A stretch of 64,000 nucleotides of DNA from Takakia lepidozioides. Taxonomy: Eukaryota; Plantae; Bryophyta. The position numbers and the translations under genes were made by a program. The DNA lies in contig CM060734.1 in assembly GCA_030704615.1 (NCBI GenBank), positions 31,806,001-31,870,000 of the forward strand, in the 5' to 3' direction. Shown one piece after another: positions 55,801 to 64,000 of this stretch; the stretch's first letter is position 1, and each line of letters opens with the position of its first letter. The notes beneath the pieces were generated by a model. The model was not told the DNA's origin. It searched no databases and worked only from the letters and a program-made list of their open reading frames with translations.

Positions 55801-57238
55801 GAAAGAGACGATGAGTCTGGAGAGATGGTGAACCATTTGTCAATGTCAAGTAAATTAACAAGTAGAGACGGAAGCAGCACACCAATGGATATGATTCGGC
55901 GAGCCACTGAAACATTGAAGATGTTGAGTGATATGAATATGGACGAATTGATTCAAAACTCCGAACGACAGGAATCCAACGGGAAAGTGAAATGTGTAGG
56001 GAATCGTATTTTGCAACAAGATGAGGATGGCAAGGGTGCCATGTCAATCTCTTTCAGTATGACAGAGGATGTTAATCCAACATGTCGAGATCGTTCTACC
56101 GATTCCTGACTATCCTTTTCACCATCGCCATCATCATCTCTTCACCTTCACCACATGATGTCTACATGCGTCTCCACCCTTTATGTACGTGTATTTTGTG
56201 TATATTTTTCTATTATCTCTTACTATTTAATTTTCTTTGAATCCTCTTTTTTTCATGGCTACAACTACAAGTCTACCCCATGTAAATGGCCTGTCAAATT
56301 TAGTGCGTAGCCAAATTTAAATAGACTAATTGAAGATAAAATTTATACATATGACAAAAGTATTCTATGATGTAAACAAAATTCTATATATGTTATTTTT
56401 AAATAAAGCGGGAGAGATACCTTATTAATCAAACTAGAAATGAGGAAAAAGTAACCTCGGAGAAGCCATAAAGCGAGTATAGATGGGATATTATTTATCA
56501 TCATTTGATTTCATTTAAGAAGATTATTGACCCCTATTGAAGCAAAATATAAAGTAATGGCTTGTTGCTGGACATTTCATCATGGACCAATGCGTATGTT
56601 CCATATTCTTTCTTTCTTTTTATTGTTGATTAACCATTTGGAAAGTCTTTCAAACTAGCTAGAATCTTGCTAAATATACCAAACATAAATTATTCCTATA
56701 CAACAATCGATAGGAAATGGAAATACAGATCTATGTGTCTTTTGTCTTATGTGATGAGATGGTAGATTGGGGTTCGTATTTGGATTTATGAGCCAACTCA
56801 ATAGAAACTTTTGTCTTGATCATGTTGCGATCATTTTGTTTTAAAGAGAGGTGGACTTTTTGTTAAAAACAGCAAAGTGAATGTACATTTGATATATAAA
56901 ATAGGGAAAGATTTCATGTTTTTAGGATTTCTAATTAAGGAAGTTTGATAAAGTGGGGTGGAACCTACTAGGCACGAAAGCTGGATCTCAAGTAATGTTT
57001 GTCTAAATAGGGCTAAACATCCAAGTACAAAAAGTTCCATACATAGGTTGTGTCAAGGCGTTTATTCCAATGGATTGAAATCCCCAAGACGCAAAGGATT
57101 TCTTACAAATTGTTGTGTCTTGTGTGCATGTATTGATCATTTACATTTCGTTGGTAAGGTCAGCTATAACACCAAGAAAGCAAGAAAGCAACTTAATTTC
57201 ATATTCCTACATGCAATTTTTAGTCTCATTTCTCTGAC

Positions 57239-58888
57239 ATGGAGCTTGCGTCCAATTTATGGTTCTTTCTTGTTGGGGTGGTTAGTCTTATACTCTACCT
57301 CACATGGCTAGCTTCAAAAAGGACGTCTCTACCCCCTGGACCACCTAGGTGGCCCATTGTTGGATCCCTGTTTTATTTGAGCAAACTCCCTCATCGTTCC
57401 ATGGAAGAGCTCGCAAAAAAATATGGGCCAATTATGTATTTGCGCCTAGGGTATTTGAATCACATTGTAATTTCAAATGCAGAAATGGCCAGGGAGGTGC
57501 TGAAGACTCACGATGCAGCATTTGCATCTAGGCCTACCTCCACAGCAGGCAAATATGCAGGTCTCGACTATTCTGATATCATTTTCGCACAATATGGAGA
57601 TCATTGGCGTCTACTCCGCAAAATATGTGCTACAGAGTTGTTCACGCAAGCAAGACTCAACACTTTTGCAACTGCACGCCATGATGAGGTGGCATGTATG
57701 GTGCAAAGCTTATACAACCATGGAGGAAAAATTGTGGAAATAAGGCCTACCTTCCATCAACTAACCAGCAACCAAATTTGTCGAATGTTGTTTGGAAAAC
57801 GTCGCGAGAAATCAGATGGTCTTATTGGGAATGAGTTTGATGATTTCTTCAATTGTATTTCAGAGATGGTGGAAGTTGTGGGAAGATTTAACGTTGGTGA
57901 TTTGATGCCAGCCCTACGGCCGTTCGATTTACAAGGACTTGAAAGACAAATGAAACGCATCAGAACACGAATGGAAACTCAACTTTCTAACATCTTAAAC
58001 GAATACAAGAAGGGAACCAAAGTGGTCGTTGATTCCACTATCAAAGATTTTGTCGAAATTTTGATGGGTCTTAACGATAAACTTGACGAGAAATCAATAA
58101 TGGCAGTTTTGGTGGTACGTCATGTGTACGTTACAACTGTTTTATCTCTTATAATTTCTAAGTTATATATTCAATATACATTGGAATCATGTCATGTATC
58201 TTCTAATGAATTTGTTCACTGACAAAAGAGATATTATTTCTTGAAAGTACAGGATATGCTCGGAGGAGGTACAGATACATCTGCAACAACCCTGGAATGG
58301 GCTTTGACTGAACTTATCCATCACCCCGAAATTATGAATAGAGCACAAGAAGAACTTGAGAGAGTTGTGGGCGAGAATAGGCCAGTATTGGAGTCAGATC
58401 TTCCCAATTTGCATTATTTGCAAGCTATTGTCAAAGAGAATTTTCGTCTACACCCTGTAGTTCCATTGACAATTCCTCACTTTAACAACACGGATACTCA
58501 AATCCTCAACTACAACATCCCTGCAAACTCGAATGTACTTGTGAGTATTTGGGCTATTGGTCGCGATCCAAAGACATGGGATAAGCCTCTCGAATTCAAT
58601 CCAGATCGTTTTCTGCATTCTGATATCAATGTTTTAGGATCAAATTACACTATATTACCATTTGGATCGGGTCGTCGAGGATGCCCTGGTTTGAATCTTG
58701 CCCAACTCATGGTGCAATGCAGTCTTGCAGCAATTCTTCATGCATTTGACTGGTCTCCACAACCAGGCGTTAAGCCAGAGGATATGAATCTGATGGAAGC
58801 CTTTGGGGCTGCGTGCCCAACTGCTGAACCTCTTGTTGCTCTTGCAAAGCCTCGTCTATCAGCCCAAGTATACAAGAGACTCATGTAG
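57239..58888 (+). CDS. Cytochrome P450, CYP71 clan (A-type), 503 aa
   Basis: Exons 57239-58114 and 58253-58888, with a single phase-0 intron before DMLGGGTDT. TM anchor, PPGPPRWP, WRLLRK, ENFR, FNPDRF and heme motif PFGSGRRGCPG; no lesions. Confidence 0.96.
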
Positions 58889-59599
58889 ATAAGTAGATAG
58901 CTGAGGAAGAGTACTAGATGTGCAATTGAAAATGTCTTTTTGCAATGGTAGAGGTAGTAAATGACAAATGAACTTTGTTTCAAACTTCTTCAATGATGAT
59001 GAAAAAAATTATCTACAACCGAACTTGTAAACCAATTAATAGTGGAATTAAAAGATAGACGGATGCCAGACCATTTCTGAACTTAAGTGGAATTGTGTGA
59101 AGGTTTGATAGTAATTAAGGGTAGTGGTAGGAACTAATGTCACAATCTATAAATGTAATATTATTGTAGATGAAAATTGGGTCATAAATATTGATAAGTC
59201 CAAATACATGAAATGATAAGGGTTGCATGTAGAGTTCTAGTTTAGACATTCAAGAATGGTGGAAATCTTAACCCCTAAACGCCCACCAAGCCCATTTTGG
59301 GCTTTAAATGGATAAAGAAAATTTTGAATAACTTTTTAGTTTCTCCATGGAATAGCGCAAACTAAAAAGTATAGTGCTCTTGGGCGGGATGTGTATTTTC
59401 CATGAGCCATGAGCACGTTTAAGCATGAGCGGGGGAAAAAATGACCATGAGCAGAGTGCACATAATGGAATATAGTCCACATTCGGCCCATCTGAAACTA
59501 TTTTGGGAGAGCTTTTCATAATCAGAAACGACTCGGTTTTCCCTCATCATAAGGAATTGAAGTTAGGCTCGGATGCAACAAAGTAGGTTCGGCAGCAAC

Positions 59600-62130
59600 C
59601 CAAATTGGGGAAGTTGGTGCTGACTTATAGTCTGCAATGCTATTACAGATGGGATGAGGCAACCACGGGAATCGGTCCGTCTTCTATAACCGCAGTCCAA
59701 CGTGGCCATGTGTTAGTGCTTCAAATAGAATATACATTCCCACTGGATAGAGTACTCTTGGATAGAAAATCTATGTATTCGTAGTGTCAAACCATTGCAG
59801 AAAAGCAATAAGGGCCCACCCGTATAGTCGACGCAGAGTACACACTTCCCCGACGGCAAGTTCCCTTCATTGGTGGGCTCCAAATTTACAAAAAAAAATC
59901 AAATTATTAGGACACGTTTTGACTTATTGGAAAAAATAAGCTGGAGGTCGGTGCCGACTTATTTTAGATTTTGAGCACATAAAATTAGTTTGGGTCGAAG
60001 TTGATCAGAGGGAAGAAAAGGACAGATTAGAAAAATATAGGGCAGCGCCGACTTGGCGTGGACAAAGTCAGATTGGGTTTATAAAAATAATCTATAAGTC
60101 GGCGCCGACTTATGTTCCAATATGAACACATAAAATCAGATTTAGCCAATATCAAACAACAAACACAATAGTGAACAACAAGGCACAATCTAGGTCGTTG
60201 CTTAAGAATTTGTTTGCTTATGCTATGATTATTTGTGGTCTGGGCTCGCAGATTTTTCAAACCCCGGAAGTGTCCTCACAGGAGATTGGAAAACATACAT
60301 ACTGCCTCAAACCCACCGTCGCTGAATAGTCGGCACCGACTTCAAGTGAGAGAATATTGTCTGCCTTCTGTCGCGACGACCAAAAAAGAAGGCCATGACT
60401 GACCAAGAGTGACGAACGTTTGAAGGCATTCCTTCCTGAAGCTCAAACAGACTACAGTTTAAAGTCGGCACCGACTTTACAGGTGGAAAATATTTGAAAT
60501 TGCTTCAAAATCATCTGAAAATACGTTTGTCTAGGACACAAACAGTTCGGCTGATGTGAGCATGTCTAGAGCCCTCACAGTTTCCTGTTCAAAGTGTTTT
60601 TTCTAGGAAAAGAAGATGTGTCAAACTGTCATTGGGATTGTCACCGTCATATTCCAACGCTATAGCCTGCAATACCCCAACAACTAGTGTCCCCGGAAAA
60701 TGACCTTCCTCTAACTCTAGCCCAACTCTCAAAACCTTCTCCGGGCTAAGAAATCTCTCTGAACCCGAGCCCTCGTCACCACTATCATCACTACATTCTT
60801 CCTTAGTGGGGGGATCGGGGCTTCCCAAACCCTCTTCCGCAGATACATCTACATATTCCCGTATCCGACCAAGTTGCAGAGTAGCCTTGTTAGATGTGCT
60901 GGCCATTCTGGTTGCTGAGAAAGTCTTGTAAATGGCTCTTCATGTGCTTGAGCATGTGCAACTGTTGCAGCATAGGGAGGAAGATCGAAGCTCTTCTCAG
61001 GAGTATGTAACGTCGCAAGTCATTCCTGCAGTTTTAGCCTCTTCTCCCTCGCATCTTCTTCCCTCCGAAAATTTGTTGAACATCATGGAATACCGCTGAT
61101 GGCCGCAATGTTCCGCTTCGAACCATGCGTCTGCGGTTCATCGCTGCAAGGAGGACAAAACAGAGATTCAGATCATGCAACTAGAGAAGCCACAAATGAA
61201 GACAACTATACTAACTCCAGTGAATGCGCAATCAATGCAATTACTTAGAAGGTCGACTTACTCACTCCAGCGATTGTATGTAAAATTTGTGCGACCCTTC
61301 CCAGTCTTTGTTCAGCCATTTGTTGTCGCCAGGGGTGTCACTTTCATTTTGGGTCGGTGGTGCCGCCCGCTATAATCCACACAGCCTCTCTCGGATGAGC
61401 TCTTCATCGGACCCTTCGAAAGCGAGCAAATGTTGACCGCAAATGCTCGCAGTCACCATCGAGGACCCACATCCCACTGTCAAATCAACCACTGATCCCC
61501 CTTCCAATGAACACATCTCCATGAATGTCTACATGAATCTTGGGTTTTTCTCCCGTGCTCCCCGGAAGAAGGTTTCATCCTGCCGTTTGTGCAGTCTATC
61601 CGCTCTCACCATATTCGTCACAACATCGACCTCAATTATGGCATTATGGTCATTGTCCAGCTTCTGAGCAATCTCCCGAAAGTTCATATCACTCTCCATG
61701 CCTTTTCAGAAGGCAGAATGGGAAGAGTATGATAATCTGCACGATTCACTGTCAGGAAGATTGTCTGGAACTTCATAGGACATTATGCTAGGCCTGTCAT
61801 AGTCGGTACCGACTATGACTCCCGAGTGCTGAGTAAGCGTTAGTACTTGACATGTTGACTATTGGCAAGTGCACACAAATATCTCACCCACATCCAATAA
61901 TCGCCGCTACCGACTATGACTCTCGGGTGCCGAGTAAGCGTTAGTAATTTACATGCAGTGTATTGGCAAGTGCACACTGCAAGTATCCCACCCATGTCCA
62001 GTAGTCTATACCAACTATAACTCCCAGGTACAGAATAAGCGTTAGTACTTCACATGCAATGTATTGGCCAGTGCACACCACGTCATTCCCACCCAGGTCC
62101 AATAGTAGATAACGACTACTGGACATTCAC
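59600..62130. mobile_element. Probable decayed DNA transposon marked by dispersed AGTCGGYRCCGACT palindromes
   Basis: Palindrome copies at 59611, 59945, 60039, 60094, 60328, 60460, 61801 and 61900. Stop-ridden minus-strand coding-like remnants at 60589-61500. Termini not resolved. Confidence 0.45.
61801..62115. repeat. Tandem repeat, ~101-bp unit x3
   Basis: ccgactatgactc...agtaagcgttagta...catg...tattggcaagtgcacac...caccca..tcca.ta, with units starting ~61801, 61900 and 62002. Confidence 0.9.
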
Positions 62131-62637
62131 CAAACGTGCTTTGAAACAGATTCTAGACGCTCAGGTGTACAAGACATCCAAATCCTCACACACATAAATC
62201 CATCCACAGCAGATAAATGAGCAGGTCCCACCCACCTGTGGCTGCCCTACTTCTCCTGACTGAAAAGGAATTATGTTGATGCAAATCCATTTTTTCCTGA
62301 TAACCCCTCTGGACCGACACATCTGCGAACTTCAACCTCTGTCCTAGTATCCCCCTTGCAGAAAATCACAATGCAACCCTCCTCTTTTAGCAAGGAAGAT
62401 GCCAGTGTCAATGCATGAGAACTATATCATTTGTCTTTGCATTCCAACCCGGAACAACATGGTCTCTGCCAATCCCTATCACAAATTGTCCATCATGGAG
62501 ATCCACTAAAACCAAGTCTGCCGGGCTGCTTTGGTTGACAACATAACACCCCTAGGGACACGGTGGACAAGGTCTGTGGAGCGCCCGGGGGGTGCACTCC
62601 TCATTAAATGTACCAGCCACGTGCGTGCACAGGAGGG

Positions 62638-62803
62638 GGTATTTTAAACCCCCCCATGTACAACATTATACATACAGAGGGGGGTTTAAAACACCTTAAA
62701 TATAATTTTACAGGAGGGGGTTGTTGAGTTTTTAGGGATAATGTAGTGGTAAGAATGGCGATTCCGCCGCGATGCATCCCGGGATCGAATCGTGGAATCG
62801 TCG
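62638..62803 (+). other. 17-bp inverted repeat followed by a degenerate tRNA-like sequence and a T-run
   Basis: ggtattttaaacccccc / ggggggtttaaaacacc (62638-62695). Then taatgtagtggtaag (A-box-like), ccgggatcgaatc (B-box-like) and tttt. Confidence 0.35.
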
Positions 62804-63449
62804 TTTTGTATGTTTGTTTTTTTTTTTTTTTTTTCGCTCCACGATCTTTCTCCCCTGACCTCCCGCGGCTTTCTCTTTTCTTTCTCCTCCTCTCCCGCGT
62901 TCGCCTTCCCTTCCGCGGGCTTTCTCTTTTTCCTCCTCTCCTCTCCCCTCCTCTCCACAGGGCATGGTAGGACAATGTGGTGAGGGCACCAGAATGTGTG
63001 AGGGCACTGACTTGGGAGAAGGTTTGAGGTTGTGATGTATGTAGAGGGCAGGAATCAAAGGGGATGAAGTAAGTGCGCGGGAATGTGGGGCAGGCCTGGG
63101 CTGATCGGTGATGATATGCGGGTGTGGTGGCGGATTGTTGTGCAGCAATGACAGGAGGACATGGGCATCAAGATTCCCAGTCATCAGAGTTAATGAGCAC
63201 ATTAGGCCTATTTTCTTTCCTAATAATGATTGGCGTGACACAATGGTTGTACTCACTGTATCAGGCCTATTCTCATCCTTATTGAATCCAAACAGCCAGA
63301 GGGACAAGATGCCCCTAAGTGTACAGAACTTGAACGTCCTGAATCTGAAGGATTTGGTACTCAAGAGTTTACACAAGACGAGCAAAATCTACACATGGGG
63401 TAACTGTCCCCCCTTTGCAGAACGGTTGGGCGTCCAGGAGCAATCCCAA

Positions 63450-64000
63450 GCTACCTAGACGACAAACAATTCACATGCAAAGGGCTGGCTTGCGGCTGGC
63501 CACTTTCAACTTCTCAGGGCTTACTAACCAAAGGAAACAACTCGAAGTGGGACAAGTCCTTCGGACTAATGATATTCATATATGTGCTGGGCAAGAAACA
63601 TGGGAAACTTCGGATAAACTGGTTGGAGATGTCAATGGTTATAAATGGGCAGGTAGGATGTGTACTCTCAAGGCAGCCTCTGCCAAACGCGGTCAAAAAG
63701 GGGTTGGATTCTTTGTCCGTGATTTCTTGTTTGATAATTGTGAGATTATCAACAAGGGTTTGAGGTACGAACATAGTATCTGGCTAAAACTGAATCTGAA
63801 GGGCGGCATGAGTACGAAGGACCTCTTTGTGGGTTGTGTTTACATGCCCACAGAGGGGACCCTTAGTGCTGACGCAGACAAAGCCTTCGAAGATGTAAAG
63901 CTGGACTGTGCTTCGTTCCTTGCCAAAGGTCAGGTAGTGCTATTGGGTGACTTCAATGCCCGGGTGGGCAAAGGGCTCCATCAGGACGATATCATTGGGC
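63450..64000 (+). mobile_element. LINE APE-endonuclease region, running off the window end
   Basis: QETW...GYKWAG, WLKL...FVGCVYMP...VVLLGDFNARVG, with frameshifts. Confidence 0.8.

Larger units (their letters stand above)
47055..56109 (+). pseudogene. Unrecognised large multi-exon gene: P/Q/G/F-repeat N-terminus, disrupted globular-looking core, long D/E/R/H/S-rich disordered C-terminus
   Basis: ORF from 47055. A series of AG..GT-bounded segments spans 48164-52575, with in-frame stops at 48481-48486 (TAA TAA), 52357 (TAA) and 52489 (TGA). Phase-consistent open exons follow at 52738-52833, 53046-53360, 53525-53714 and 53930-56109 (~725 codons). The internal exon model is tentative. Confidence 0.55.

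Noticed and set aside
59600-62115. CRISPR-like reading of palindromic repeats with spacers
   Set aside because: Eukaryotic context, irregular spacing, the spacers in the tandem part are homologous to each other, and there are no cas genes.

Overview
Eukaryotic nuclear DNA from a land plant, most likely a seed-free one. This is inferred from a complete axonemal CFAP57 gene, short GT-AG introns, a PLS/E-type PPR fragment and a CYP71-clan P450. Two genes look intact: a 21-exon CFAP57/WDR65 (32138-42211) and a 2-exon P450 (57239-58888). The 3' part of a pT-type plasma-membrane H+-ATPase (1-4872) is in frame but has one garbled exon end. Damaged genes are a 3-exon DXS fragment, a PPR E-domain fragment, a LACS8/9-type acyl-CoA synthetase whose 11 coding exons are all present but split into four orientation blocks (exon 1 minus, 2-4 plus, 5-6 minus, 7-11 plus), and a large unrecognised multi-exon gene (47055-56109). 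That last gene has a PQGF-repeat N-terminus, a stop-interrupted core and an open 2.2-kb charged terminal exon. Mobile DNA is mostly non-LTR: an ~8-kb L1-type LINE, an RLE (Dualen/RandI-like) fragment, an RTEX-like 3' end, another LINE endonuclease at the window end, and two tRNA-derived SINEs. There are also Helitron-like CTAG|T ends, a TA-flanked MITE and palindrome-rich elements. All exon models and family calls were made by eye from remembered conserved motifs; no database search was run.
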